Shown: positions 11,931 through 25,600 of the stretch, one piece after another
Numbering within the stretch: position 1 is the stretch's first letter
Layout: the number at the start of each line of letters is the position of its first letter
Origin: Lingula anatina
Lineage: Eukaryota > Animalia > Brachiopoda
Length of the DNA: 64,000 nt
NCBI GenBank assembly: GCA_051362555.1
Contig: CM120644.1
Location: 12,360,567-12,424,566 of the forward strand
Direction: 5' to 3'
Made by a program: the position numbers and the translations under genes
The notes under the pieces: generated by a model
What the model saw: the letters and a program-made list of their open reading frames with translations, nothing else
What the model was told of the DNA's origin: nothing
The model's database searches: none

Positions 11931-12561
11931 AAATTTTGATTTCATATATAAACTGTTGTCCTTGAGAAATATTATGGATGGTTTTAGCTGTGTCACAATA
12001 ATACAGTAATATTTTAAAGATTCGCCGTTCTTTGAGACCGATTTCCACAACAACTCCTCAATCAAAATGTGCCGTAGTCTGTACCTGTTGTAATTTGCAT
12101 AACAATAAATCACGCATCACAGTGCGAGCTATGCTCCTGGCTGGTCACTTGACAGCTAGACCTTGTAGCAAGATGACCTGCATTTATAGGTGTGGTGAAG
12201 TCACTGAGCCGAACACTTTCTTCAGCGTTGAAGCTCGGACCCATTGTGTACACGTTTGGTGGAACCATATGGTTGAAGAAAAAAATTTGTGAGTAAAATA
12301 TCTTCTGCTAGCGTTTACATGATTCGATAATGTGGTACATGTACAGTGCATATGTACAGGTCTGTATATGAAAATGTACGGTTTGCCTAAGTTTTCGCCC
12401 TTGCATGTTACAACGGTAGGTACCCATATCACAGGGTAAGGCCTCAAGGCGCCTGGTGTTTCAGACTGTAGTTGTTATAAATGTCCACACCCTGTCAAAA
12501 CTTGTGCGTCCTCCGTTGCACCTTGTAGTGTATGGTTCCCATTTACGTGCAGTAAAGTTAC

Positions 12562-13450
12562 CAAGTTTCAAGTTTTAAGTTTATTTCGTATTTCAGGCCT
12601 TCAGACCCAGAGTGCATAGTTCAAAACTTTAGCTTATAGGATGGAACAAACGTTTTATATAAATATGAAAATAAAGATATACACGAAGTCCACTTATCCA
12701 ATGGCCTTGTTATAATTTTTTCTTATTTGTTACAACGATATAAGTAAGCTGCCAATCATTTTATAAAGTCACTGTTTCCCGAAGAAATAGCATCTGTTAC
12801 GGTCATTGTTTGTATATCTGGCATGTACTGTTTTATTATTGTCTGTATATAATGAAATTCTTGTAGGACATGGATCTCGTTTTCGACATAACTACATGTA
12901 TATCCTTTTGAAAAACAAGAGATACATAATCTATTTTCTGCCTCTGTGCTGTTATAGCGTCCCTTTTCTACAATCATTGTACCCGGTAAATCGTGACTCG
13001 ATATTCTAAATTTACACAAACATCTTCTGTGTTCAGCCACAGTAACAGTGAAAAGATATTCGTCAAGATCCTTTTAAACGTTCTAAGCTTCTCAGATTCG
13101 TGAATTTTGGCATATTAGTTTTGCTAACTATAATGTCAGTTGCTTGAATAATTCTAAGAAACCTGTAACATTTTTACAACCTTGGTTTTTCCGTATGCGA
13201 GCTCTCGAATAGAGTAGTTGCTTAACATTACTTGCCCATGTTTTCCTACCACTTCTGTCAAGCTCTAACACTAGATTATAACATGCCCTTGGAACTGGAA
13301 AAAGTCTAACCCAATACTTATTATATTTTGTATGATAATCTATATGTCGTTTCACTGGATATCTAATACTGCCGCTGTCCATGCACTGTCTGAAACTATG
13401 AGTAACCTTTTACAAAACTTCAAATGGACAGATTCTATCAAATCTGAGAA
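12562..13450 (-). mobile_element. Decayed CR1/L2-group LINE 3' end
   Basis: ORFs 13128..13382 (KYWVRL..KTWASNVKQLLY) and 12756..13040 (LCKFRISSHDL..EKGRY..RLCISC..ENEIHVL); 3' tail AATAAA+(AAACTT)n at about 12562-12585. Confidence 0.75.
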
Positions 13451-13560
13451 TTCATAGTGTGATAATACAACTTCATCAAAATTATTTTGTAACAAATTCC
13501 GTTTTCATTGAGTACAATTACAGGAAGATTTATTAAATATATAATCGAAGTATAACCACC

Positions 13561-13856
13561 TATCCTTCAGGTAAAGGTGGGGTAAACAGATGAACAGGTA
13601 AACAGATATTTTATAAATATTTTTAGTGTGGTGGGTGGTGGGTAGTGGTCAAGCAATTAAAAGTGACAAATAGTCAAAGGGATACCTGGATAAGCGAGAA
13701 ATTCTGTTTACCCCACCTCTTCCTAGAGATGCCCCTTGATTCAAGACTTACTCAATCAAGGGGGGAGTAATAAAGCAGTTAAAAGTAACAGTTAATTCAT
13801 CAAAGGGTTACCTGGAGGTGTGAGATCATTTGCTAACCCCACTTTACCTGGAGATA
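13561..13856. repeat. Degenerate inverted/direct repeat element (MITE-like)
   Basis: tatccttcaggtaaaggtggggt at the left end versus accccactttacctggagata at the right; internal direct duplication aagcaRttaaaagt..tcaaaggg.tacctgga. Confidence 0.45.
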
Positions 13857-14036
13857 TACTTTGATCAGATTTTTTATAAAATGTTCTGTATTTCTATTTC
13901 GAAAATTGTATGTACTTGCATGAACTCCATGAAAATAATTTGTTTAATAAAATTAATACTATCTATCCTCGAGTTGTATCATCAGACTTAGAAATATTCA
14001 GAAAATGGATGAAAAGATTTGAACTTCGTACTCTTT

Positions 14037-14040
<4 letters not shown>

Positions 14041-14087
<47 letters not shown>

Positions 14088-14152
14088 CGGGGGGGGATCG
14101 TCCGGGGGGGGGGGGTCCTGGGGGTAATAGTCCGGGGGGATTGTCCTGACAC
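14041..14152. repeat. (TA)n microsatellite followed by G-run array (ggggg..gtcc)x4
   Basis: Seen directly; the G-run/gtcc array resembles subterminal repeats of invertebrate DNA transposons (inference). Confidence 0.7.
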
Positions 14153-15196
14153 CCAAATATATAGAAGCACAGGGTAAATAGTAAGTGACCAGTCCTTTAA
14201 AAAAACCTGAAGCACACACCCAGAGTCTTTCGAGCTTGCGATGTCTGTTTAGCCTTAGAGCAAGACAGCTTCCGCGAAAAAACGATGCCCAAGTATTTAT
14301 GCTGAGAGACTGTCTCTATCTGTACTACCTCAAAAACACATTTTCACAGTGTCTACGATAACCTCCATTCCTAAATACAATGACTTCTGTTGTTTTTTTC
14401 AGATTAACCTTCATTTCCAACGTTCGCAAAACAATGTCAAGTGAGCTGAGGGTTTTGTAAATGTGCGCTCTGTGTCCCCGCAATTTGCTAATTTAAGTCA
14501 TCGGCATACAGGTAAAAAAGTGATGTAACCTTCGTGAATTGTTTGTCAGTGAAAATACTTTGGCTCTTACTTTTTTCATACAAATGTACTAGTACGGTTA
14601 CATACATACAAAACAGAGAAGGGTTAACCATACATCCCCAACGGGTTTCTACATTACATTGGAATACTGAAGTATAACTTGAAGTAAATGGTTGTCTTAC
14701 GTATATTTACTTAAAGCATGTAAGGTCGAAAACTGAAGCAAATGTACGGTAGTGTCAGGATAATTTACATACATCTCCCCTGTTGTGATTTTAGTTTGAT
14801 ATTGCTTGTGTCTGTTTGTCAAAAACTCGTATAATTGTTAAGTTTATAGAATGGGTTGAATAGACTTTGTTGTTTATAATTAATATGTTCTTTCAGCTAT
14901 GGTATGTAAGTTCAAATTGCATTGCATTGGAATATCATTTTTAAATCGTAATTAAAGCGTTATTTTGGTTTTTCAGAACTGTCAACTCTGCGGTGATCCT
15001 GCAAAAGGCACGTGCGTCTGCCTGATAGAATCTTCCAAAGCCTTCAAGCAGTATTTTGGAACTTTACACAGGCGCACACACAGGCACTGACGCGCTCAAA
15101 CGAACACGCAGCGCACATTATATGGCGAAAATGGAACATGCTTTTATTACGATTTTCAAAGCATTTTATGTACATATCAGATTTGAGCATATTTAA

Positions 15197-15533
15197 AGGG
15201 ATAATAACTCTTCGTTTCGGCCAAAAAATGAATTTTCCTGGAGTAAACATCAATTTTCCCATACTAACCAATGGTTAATGAATCCATTTTTACATTCGAA
15301 GTTAGTCCCTGGTTTTTTTCTAAAAAGTTTGGTTTTTTCTTAAAATCTCTTAAGAGATTTTAACAGAGTACAGCCATCAATGGCGGTCACGTGGTCTAAA
15401 GACGAGCTCAGATATCAGAATAATAGCTATAACTGCCGTTTTTGTGGTAAAACAGAATATATTATATTTCTATGAGTTATTCACAATGTTTTTATTGTGA
15501 AATATAGATCTCATACGAAGAGTTATTATCCCT
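15197..15533. mobile_element. Non-autonomous TTAA-flanked DNA transposon (Kolobok-like), family C copy 1
   Basis: Perfect 19-bp TIR agggataataactcttcgt / acgaagagttattatccct, with TTAA on both sides. Confidence 0.85.
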
Positions 15534-15599
15534 TTAAGTACTTAAAACATTGCGGTCAATCATGTTCCATTTTAAGATATACTCAGTAATTGAGCATTT

Positions 15600-16110
15600 T
15601 TATTTTCAAATTATACCTTAATTGGGACAAGCTGGATGTATCCGATTCTATTTGCAACCCATTCAGCCTTTAATTTAATTTTTTTTTTGTGCAATGGTGT
15701 TATTACTTAAATGTTTAAAATGTTACTATGAACTTTCAAACTTAAAGGTAAAAGTGCGATTTTCACAATGTTGCAGATTAAGGTTAGGGTAATTAATTAA
15801 TTTAATTTCTTACATTAATTTAATTTACATTGTAGTAGTCATTTCTATTTTCAACATTTGTAAGTGTTATTATTAATGCATCTGATCCTGTAAATGGCGA
15901 GTAATTTATAAATGTTGTTTGTATTCGATCTAAAAGACAGAAACCAAAGTAATATGCATTAAAATGTTCTTTATCTAAAATATATTTTGCACCTTCAAAT
16001 CTAAGTAAAAAGAAAAATTGTAATAATATTTGTTGAAATTGACCCAAATTGTCACAAAATATGCATAAATTTTGGATCTGCAAATTTTAAGATGTATCTT
16101 GTCTGTTCAA

Positions 16111-16143
<33 letters not shown>

Positions 16144-17480
16144 ATATCGCCTCTTGGCCTATGATGTATACCACACTACATTTGGTATCAATCATACTTT
16201 CAAACGTCCATGGAAAAACTGACATATTTTCCTTTACCCAAATTTTTTTAATCAGCGCGACACCATTTTAAATATAGGTTTTTATAAGTAAAAAGCATGA
16301 ATGCTGGTATTCAAATCCCAGTGCAAAAAAGGAAGTATTGGGAGCAAGTTCTGATGCAAACCTTAACCACGCTCCCCAAATTCATATTATTTTTACTATC
16401 TGTCAATTTATGCATATCTTTATTTTTATTCTAATCTTTCACCATTATTTTCTGTCGCAATAAACGAATATCACATTAGAATGACTTTGTTTTATAGTTT
16501 GATAAGTGTTTTGTGTGACTGCATTGAAGAGTGTGAAAGTTAAGACGAATTCTTTTTGAAGGGTGATAAGTGGGGCGAGTCCATTTCATTTGAGGGGTGA
16601 CAGGTGGGGCGAGTCCATTTCAATTGAGGGGTGACAGGTGGGGCGAGTCCATTCCATTTGAGGGGTGACAGGTGGGGCGAGTCCATTTCAATTGAGGGGT
16701 GGCAGGTGGGGCGAGTCCATTTCAATTGAGGGGTGGCAGGTGGGGCGAGTCCATTTCAATTGAGGGGTGAGTCCATTTCATTTAAGGGGTGACAGGTGGG
16801 GCGAGTCCATTCCATTTGAGGGGTGACAGGTGGGGCGAGTCCATTCCATTTGAGGGGTGACAGGTGGGGCGAGTCCATTTCATTTGAGGGGTGACAGGTG
16901 GGGCGTCGTCTGTACATTTGGAACTGTGTGGAAATTAATCAAGGTCACAATACTAAATCAAAGGATCAATTTATTAACCAATATTTTTAAGGACATTTCA
17001 AATATATTGGAATATGCAGTTTTAATTTGTCAAAAGTGTGCCAGAACCTCTAATCTTTCTCATTTTTCTGTTTAATTTTCAAATTGAAGTATTCATATGA
17101 TGGAAAGGTTGTGGAATTTGAATCACTTTTCTGCAGGAAAACCCAGAAACTAAAATGGACACATATTAAAGAACGATATTCCAAGAGATATAAAAACTGT
17201 CCAACTATGGAATAAAATGAAGAATAGATTTTCAAAAAGCAACCTTGTAAATTCATACAAATTGCATTTATAAATGTGAGCTGTTGGAAAATCTTGTAGA
17301 TATGTTTTCAAAATGCTTAAAATCAATTATTTACAAAATAATGGACTTGCTAACAAACCTTTAAAACCTTTTTGATTTAAGATATCTTTTGTTACTGTAG
17401 AAATCAATTCCAAATACATTATTTGCAGATCAGTTTCAGCATAAATTTAAATTTGAAAGTTTAACAGTAATCATATCTCC
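15600..17480 (-). mobile_element. Highly decayed L1/Tx1-like LINE relic interrupted by a minisatellite and a poly(A) run
   Basis: Broken frames AF*KHIYKIF, SMIDTK, NLCIFCDN occur in the order expected for L1/Tx1 ORF2; ends are approximate. Confidence 0.4.
16560..16905. repeat. 34-bp G-rich minisatellite, about 10 copies
   Basis: Unit ggggtgacaggtggggcgagtccatttcatttga; cgagt recurs at 16576, 16610, 16644, 16678, 16712, 16746, then after one 22-bp deleted unit at 16802, 16836, 16870. Confidence 0.95.
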
Positions 17481-18909
17481 GCAATTTCATCCCTTTCCCT
17501 TTATTATTACCGCTATCTTTTTCGTCATTATATCATATCAAAGAAAAAAACAAGGAATTTCAAGCGTATTTATTCAGTTTTAATACAATAGATGCATGAA
17601 TACGCGAGGGTTCCAAAACGTGGATGAAAGACTTGGTTGCTTGCAGCCGCTAGTCGTGCAACACTCGGAATCTCAGTGGACCTCTGAAATAAGAAAGTAA
17701 TGTTAACAATATCTGACTATACGGGCACGCTCGAAAAATACAACTTATTCATTTACATCAAAGAGAAGAGAGCTTTTGAAATGATGTGGTTGTTTACTGA
17801 CTTGTCCGATCTTCAGGCTCAAATAGCACCCAGAAAATACAATCGATATCGAAGTTGCCTTACGCCAAAATTAAGATCTGAAGTAATTGATACAGACGGT
17901 TGGCCTCTTTGCAACCCCGCAATTTGAAATGTGTGCACTAATTGTTTGGAAATTATATTTTAAATGTAGATACTTCAGGTGCACACATTATGTTAATATC
18001 ATTTATCAACAATATTCATTGTTCATTATTGAATTGCTTTATTTCTTTTTTATTAATGGGTCCTCCAATAAATGCGGCCATCATCGGCCAAATTTTGAAC
18101 ATCACACTGGAGTTTGTTCCATTCTTTTTACTGACATATCCTATTACTGAAATCAGCTTAGATCAAGGAGACAGATATTTAAGATATCTTGCTTTGAAAG
18201 AATAAACATTGGAAACACTTCTTAAATTCGTGGAGGTCATTACTAGAACTGTGACGGTACGATACGGTATTATCATCTTAATTATTCCGTGATCTTTGTG
18301 GTAATATTCTCATCTACTAATATGTCAGCTAATATTCTGAGTGCCATGAAAGAACCGACAGGCAAATATAACAAAGAATCGTAACATAAATACATGTCGT
18401 AAATTTTCCTGCATTCTTTTACGCTTTTTCTAACTACTGACAGCGGTTACTGAAGAATAAAGTTATACTTACGAAACGCATTTGCTTCTACGCCTCGTAA
18501 AAGCTCGACCTTGCGACTGCACTACACATACTGTTGCGTCTTCACCCTGCTATGTCCTACTGCCTAGTGTGCATTCGAGAAGACAGCTCGCACTACGGTG
18601 AGCAACTTATTGTTATGCAAATTACCGACAGGTATGGCCCATTTTAGGTGAGGGACTGTGGCTGAAACTGTTCACGATTATTCACGATCAAAAACATGCA
18701 CATGTAGATTTGACTGAGGTCCACTTGTTAAAATACAACACTTTATTCCATAAATATTGTTCATGCGTCTTCCATCATGTGATACTGAACACCAAGGAAA
18801 GGGGGTAAATGTTGATATTTTCATCTATCAGCTGGCGTAGCTATGACCCCCTTGTTGACATAATGGAATGGATAAATCCTAGTTCCATTCGGATCCAAGT
18901 GCCACTAGC

Positions 18910-18912
18910 AAA

Positions 18913-18959
<47 letters not shown>
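18910..18959. repeat. (TAAA)n microsatellite
   Basis: Seen directly. Confidence 0.9.
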
Positions 18960-19690
18960 GCACAGAAAAACTTATGTCCCAGTGTGTTATGGGCCAAACA
19001 ATGCGATATTTTATTGCATTAATGAATCTAATAGTTAAAAATATATAGTTGTAGGCCAAACAAGACAGGCCCTTTCTAACTAACTGGCTACTGTCGGGAT
19101 AACATGATAACATCGTTGCCCGGTGAAGTTTTATCTGGCTGTTATGAAAAAGCAAACAAGGTTTAACTTTTTATGCCATTCGTTCTAAATATTCTGTGCC
19201 TAGATCAGTATTTCTAATTATAATATGGAGTTTTATTTTTTCTTGGATTTTTACAGAAGGCGTTTCTACCTGTACGTGGACTTACAGGGACGTTAAAGTA
19301 CTGGAACCTGTACTTTATAAGACGCATGTTTCGGCATATTTGGCACTCTCTTTGAAAATTATCGGAATAGGCCAAAGAAGATATGTACCAAGTTTCATAC
19401 TTTTTCCACTTTCTAAACAATTTAACACCAATCACATGCACGATACTACGCTATTTACATTTTTAAATGTTAACTGGCCAAGATTCTGCTGTTAACCATT
19501 TATGTAATATTGCATCAAAACTGACAATGACAAAAACCATTCCGTGGACTGTCATCATTGCTTCCTGTTTTATGTCAGACTCTGCTCTTTCCACAGCTTT
19601 GCTAACATGTTTTTTCATTCCCTTAGCAAATTTGCCTATTAACAAACTGAATTTACATTTTATATTCCCGATTGGGTTAAGTTAATTGGC
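18960..19690 (-). pseudogene. Possible decayed Kolobok/Mutator-like DDE transposase fragment
   Basis: ORFs 19463..19645 and 19214..19441 give VIVSFDA..KW, HVIGVK, LAYS..RECQIC, FCKN, loosely matching the VSxDxxWxKR..IG..KVL..CxxC..CxKN pattern. Confidence 0.3.
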
Positions 19691-19733
19691 AAAGAACTAT
19701 AAAAACCCAACACGAATAAACATTGAAAGGTAT

Positions 19734-19744
19734 TTTATTTTATT
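19734..19744 (-). terminator. Likely GPR155 polyadenylation signals (3'UTR about 2.6 kb)
   Basis: Two overlapping AATAAA on -, followed by GT-rich sequence; they coincide with the edge of the CpG-depleted domain. Confidence 0.5.
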
Positions 19745-22296
19745 GTTTAGTCACTGAATTAACAATAAACTTAAGACTAGTGCACAAAATTACAATTAAA
19801 TGTCAATAATAACAAGTTCTTCAATGCATAAAAAATTACAAGGACACCAAATGCTACATAAAAATTTTGCCTTTTTCACTGAATGAATAAAACCAGTTTG
19901 GCATATGTGATATGAGGATTACCATCACTAGTACCATATGATAATGATTATTGTGAAAAAAAAGGGCAAGAAGGGCATGTAGGCCATCTTAATTTAAACT
20001 GCAGATGTAATACAATTTGTATAAAAATGTTACAAGTATCAAAGAGTGCATTCAAGTTAATCTGCAGACAAACAGATCTGTGGATGAAATATGGCCGAAG
20101 ACACTTAAAAGCAATGCCGACTAATCCCGTGATGCCCCCCCCCCCCCTCCACACGCACTGTTCCATGCCGAGGCCTAGGTACTCTGGTTCCAGATGTAAT
20201 CCTTTCAATGCCGCATGTGGGAGACCCTCAGGGGACTAGGTGGCTTGCTTTTAAGTGGGACACTGCCCATATTTAGTCTGCGGATTAGTTAGTCCATGGA
20301 TCATCTGTTCTGAAAGCACCCATATTACCACCGGTGTTCACTACATGTCCAGACCTATGGAAAGTAAATTCAAATTGGAAGGGGGGGGGGGGGGGGGTAG
20401 TATTTTTTAACATTGGACCTTATTTCACCTAGATAACCCAAATGCTGTTGACAGGGGTAGAAGGATGCCATTTTCTGGGTCTTCAGAAGGACAATCAGAA
20501 TTTGGCAAGTTTACACTGACAGGCACCTAATTTTTTATCTGCCAGAAGACTGTCAAAAATGGATGGGTCAATAAAAATAATTTGGAAGACTGTTAGAAAA
20601 TCCATGGATCCACCCCTGGTAGACCCTAGAACAAATTTTGACACAAAGCATTTTTTTCTGCTGAAAGAGCTGTTCTCCTCCCAGCCTCCCTCCCCCCAAA
20701 TTGCCTACAGATGGGCGTCTTAGCAATATGGCATGCATGCACATTGCGACTAAAATTAGCTATAAAAGAATGTAACTATAGTAATATCAACTGAGATCCG
20801 TGTTTTTTATGAATTGCAGTTGGACTTAACCACATTGTCCTCACTGAAAATCAGATCTGCCAAAATACAGGTTATTTTGAGAAATAAAGAAGGTAAAGAT
20901 TAATTATTAAAAAAGCTACCCGAAATTAATTTTCATGGAGTATTTTGTATCAAGATTTTGCAACAATTTCCAACAAACTGATATCATGATAGTAAATAAA
21001 ATGTTCAAAAATTAATACAAAATTGTAGTCTTGATAGCAAAATGTTAAGATCTTATATATTAAATGAGAACTGTCTGTTCCTTTTCCTATATCTTTTTTT
21101 AATATGATTATAAAATATTCGTAATATATCAAAGAGATGCACTGTCTATTTTTGTACAAAAAATTGAATCTGATTAAATGTAAGTATTCAACATGAAGAA
21201 AAATGTTTCCACACACCAAATTTAAAACAAAAACATCAATCACCTGAAACTGAATACACATGATGAGCAACCAATGTACTGGTGAATCCTTAAATAATTC
21301 TACAGTATGGATTGGTTTCCAATCTACTACGGGTGTATACTCTTCTGTGATACTCCAGAATGACAATGTGGATTTCCATGCATGCACAGACATTTCATGA
21401 TTTAATGTCCATACCTATACCTCTACAACTCAACAAGAAACAAGACATTAATATAGTTTCACTGGCTTGGTGGGAAATGAATAATATGGGTTTTTTCGTT
21501 TCTTTCTTTAAAAAAAAAAAAAAAAAAAAACATCAATGTCATTTGGCCATATGCCCACTAACAGCATGACAAAATAAATTTAAAAAAAATCATTTATAAA
21601 GCTGAGAGTAATTACTGTCTAGTTTTACATATTTTCTACCAGAATATATAAAACAAATATGTAATTTAAAAGCATTATCTTGATTAAGTACATCATATTA
21701 TCTACAAAACTGTCCCCTTTTATTTAATAAATACAACAGTTAAATTAATGAAAAAAAGAACAATATGCTTTTTGGCCCGTATGTGCACTTTGGAATATTA
21801 TATCAGTTTAACATGGCTTCTAATTATACAACATTGCACATTCCATTTGATATAGAGACACATGACTAACAACAATATTTATGAAAAAACAACTTACATC
21901 TTATATAGCCCAAGGCCTCATACTACCCACCAAGACTTTCCCATAGGTGGCACATCCTACAAGATGAGCTTTAAAAAGTCACTGTTCTGAGGATGAGATC
22001 ATGTCACCATCTGACTTTTCTTCTATACATGCATGTTATGGATCTAACTAATTAAAACACACATGTAAGATCTTAAACGTAAGTACTGTATTGCATATCG
22101 CTGACCCTAAAGGAGAGAAACTGACTCTTTTTTTCCCACTAAACACTGCACGTCTCACCCTATAGCATACATGGTCTTATCATCCATTAGTATGAACTGT
22201 AAACAAGTATGGATTTCCTTAGTTTAGGATTCTACAAGGCAGCTTACACACTATAGTGTTCATTGCCTTTAAGAGAGAGAAAGTGTAAGAGAAAGA

Positions 22297-22332
<36 letters not shown>

Positions 22333-22365
22333 AAAAAATCTCCCTCAGGACCACTATCCCTCTTT

Positions 22366-22603
22366 TCACCTCGACTTATCATCCTCATTTTCACATTCTT
22401 CCTCTACCTGATCAGTGAACTTGTAGAAATACGGCAGGTTGTAAAAGTTGTGCTCTGCCTTGACGTGGACTATAACTCGCCCTAACACCAGTTTCTGACC
22501 GTAGGCAACCGCGTCTAAGGTATCAACAGCAAGACCGACCTCCAGGAGCCATTTCACGAGATCTTCGCCAGTGAAAACGCTTCGATAGACTCGCATTCGG
22601 AAC
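22366..22603 (-). CDS. GPR155: GPR155 last coding exon (DEP domain)
   Basis: acccag|G acceptor; VFTGEDLVKWLLEVGLA..AVAYGQKLVLGRVIVHV..YFYKF; TGA at 22368-22366. Confidence 0.93.
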
Positions 22604-25600
22604 CTGGGTGAAAAAATAATGGTTTAGTTTGGACAAAGGTGGTACTGTGAAAAGATATGTGTAAGTACATGTAGATCTTGTATTCATTGATCAGATGTTT
22701 AGAAAATCATTGACTGATTAAGGCTTTGGTGAAACTGCCAGACAAGTGAAATTTCAGCTACATAACATTTACAGTTAAAAACTGTATATATATGCATGGT
22801 TGTTTGGAATCTTGACCTCATTACAGAAAAAGGGGGTGAACGGCAAGTGCAAAATACACCTTTAAAAAGATCCCTTTAAATAAAACTGGTCATATCTTGG
22901 GGATTTTTGACATTATCAATCTGCTATATTCTTGCATGTGAATGTAAAATGGTCACTGACAATAAATACCATACAAAGACCACATTCAGATTCACACATC
23001 ATATGTTTAACTCTGTGGGGATTTTTGCTAAAGGGCATATCTTTTCACTAAAGGGCAAACAGTGGCATCAGCTTAATTGTCCAACATGCCTCCTCCAGAA
23101 GCTAAGGGGTAATTAGCTATGGCGTGCTGATTAAGCTGATTCCACCTCTTACCTTTTAAGATGGCACTATAAATTACAATTCATTTGTAAGGAAAATTAC
23201 AAACATGCTCATACTGTACTATACTATGACAGATGCAGTTCAAATACGACTTCAGATAACAGACGAGTCCTATTATAAATATATACAAACATGTATATTC
23301 TCACTGAAAGAAATAACTTATACTGTACAGCAATCATGCACTAACAGTGCTACATGATAAAATGGAATAAAAATAACTACTCTATTCTGTGTGGCAAAAA
23401 ACAAATATCACCACATGGATTATAAACTTACTCAAAGAGTTATTCCTGGAGCTTGCAGGCAAAGAGAAAGATTCAATTACAAAACTCCTGGTAAGACTTC
23501 CATAAATTTTTCTTAATTCACGCACGAAAAAAGGTAGAAATGTCTTTCATCTTTTTGTATCTCAAAAGTCAATACAGCCTATATGCCAAAGGACATACAT
23601 TCAGGGCAAAACTCCCAATGAATTAACATCTATTCTTATAAAAAACACATGGCAAACTAAGGGGATTGAAGGGGAGTTCTTCCCAGCTTTCTTGTCATAA
23701 TTTTTCATCTTTCTACCCCCACCCTTTCACTTTTGATGCCAATTAAATAAAACCATTCACCAATATCCGTTTTGGGCATTGAAGCTGCACAAATAAAAGT
23801 AGGACATAGCTGGCAAAATATAAAAATGACCTCTGTTTCTTTCTCTCATCCATTAATTCTCACCTTCTATCTTTGACCAGCTCCTTCTTACATCTTTCTT
23901 TGTGATAGTGATTGAACTGTTCACAGGTGTGTTTCACCTCAGGGTCCAGCTCATCCCAGTTTGGCATGTGGATTGTCTCTACACCATATATCAGCTTGCG
24001 CCATCTATAGAGAAAATTTATACCAATCATCCTCTCATGGAAGACAATTTCAAATTGCCAGGAATGAACATGTATAGTTCCTGACCCACAAACATTCAGC
24101 TTGAAGAAAATGATAATTATGTGAAAATGGTTGAGGCAAAAGAAGCTAATTTAAATAAGAGGAAGAAAAGAATTACTACATTTCAAAAAAATGAAAAATT
24201 AACAAGAAAGCAAAATTAGTACATAAAAAGCAATCATTTAACATTAGTGTGAAAGAACCTGAAACTCACATCTGATAATTAAGCAAAACGGTAATATGTA
24301 ATCATTGATCATTTTATGCAAAAGTTCATGTTTACAGTTATTAATAAAAACTTGTTAGTAATCAAATACACAAACAAGTCATGCATAATAGCAATTCATT
24401 ATTTTCAATTTCAAATCTAAAACCCTCAACAAAAATTCAATTCTCAAAAACATACACCACAATGCACATACATGTAAGTCAACTCAAACATCATTACAAA
24501 CACTTGTAAGCCAAAGCAACCAGGTTATTTTATAAATATTCTAGTCAGCAGTTTTCTTGTCTTGACAAAGTTATAACCGCTAAACAGTGAATGCAGGAGT
24601 GAATTTTCCAAAAAATCACTGTTGCATTAAGACACCAACTGCCAACTAAAGTTTTTATTAATGAACACGTCTAATAGTGTTACATTAAAATGTCATTTTA
24701 GTTATTTACTTTCATTAAAAACCATATGAGCGGATTACTGGTACTGGGTATGCTACTGATTTAACAAAGAAATAAAAACCATATTTTGAAAATACAGGAG
24801 TATTATAGTTAATCATCTAACACTAAAAAATCTTTGCCCAGAGCCATTAATCTCCTTCACCCACTTCTACGCATGTTAGAAGAAATGGTGACTAACCAAC
24901 CTTACAATGCATGTCTTTGAGTAATGGTAGAAAAGCAGAGCCACACCAAGACAACTAGAAATGCGGGTAGGGAAGACCTAGTACATAGCATTTGGGAAAC
25001 TTCATCACAGCAAATTTTAACCATTTATGGTGTTGAGCTCTTGCCCTGGTTTCACAAAAGAACTTAAGCCAGTTTCCCTGACTAAGAACTTGGTTACCAT
25101 TATCAAAGTTACCTGGTCACATGGACGCATCTTACCCTATCAGGAACAGCGATACAGCACTCTCATGGAAATTGTAGTCAACTAAGTCAGGGAGCTGTCT
25201 TAAGTTTTTTTGTGAAACTGGGGCCTGGTCAAGGTGGAACATTCTGTAGACTAGCAAATATGGTCAACCCAAACTTGATAAAACTCAATCATCATCCTTT
25301 ACATAGGCCACTAATTTTCCGATTATAGTAAGCCACTGCAAGCAATTCACATATTAAATGTTGCTTGGGGTTTGCACAGTAATGTCGAATTCCATGCTCC
25401 AGGCTGCCACAAAAAGTTCTTTTTTCAAAGACATTTTATTACCTATAAGATCTTTGTTTGTATTTTAGTCTAAACGGAAAATGCAAATTTTACTTTTTTT
25501 TCATGATGGTGAAAACAAATGCACGAAATTCACTTGATTGATTTTAAAAATGTTAACTACTTTCAAACTACAGAAGTGAGATTTGTAAAGCAGGATCTAA

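Noticed and set aside
16560-16905. CRISPR-like array (34-bp repeats)
   Set aside because: The units are head-to-tail with no unique spacers, there are no cas genes, and the context is eukaryotic; it is a minisatellite.
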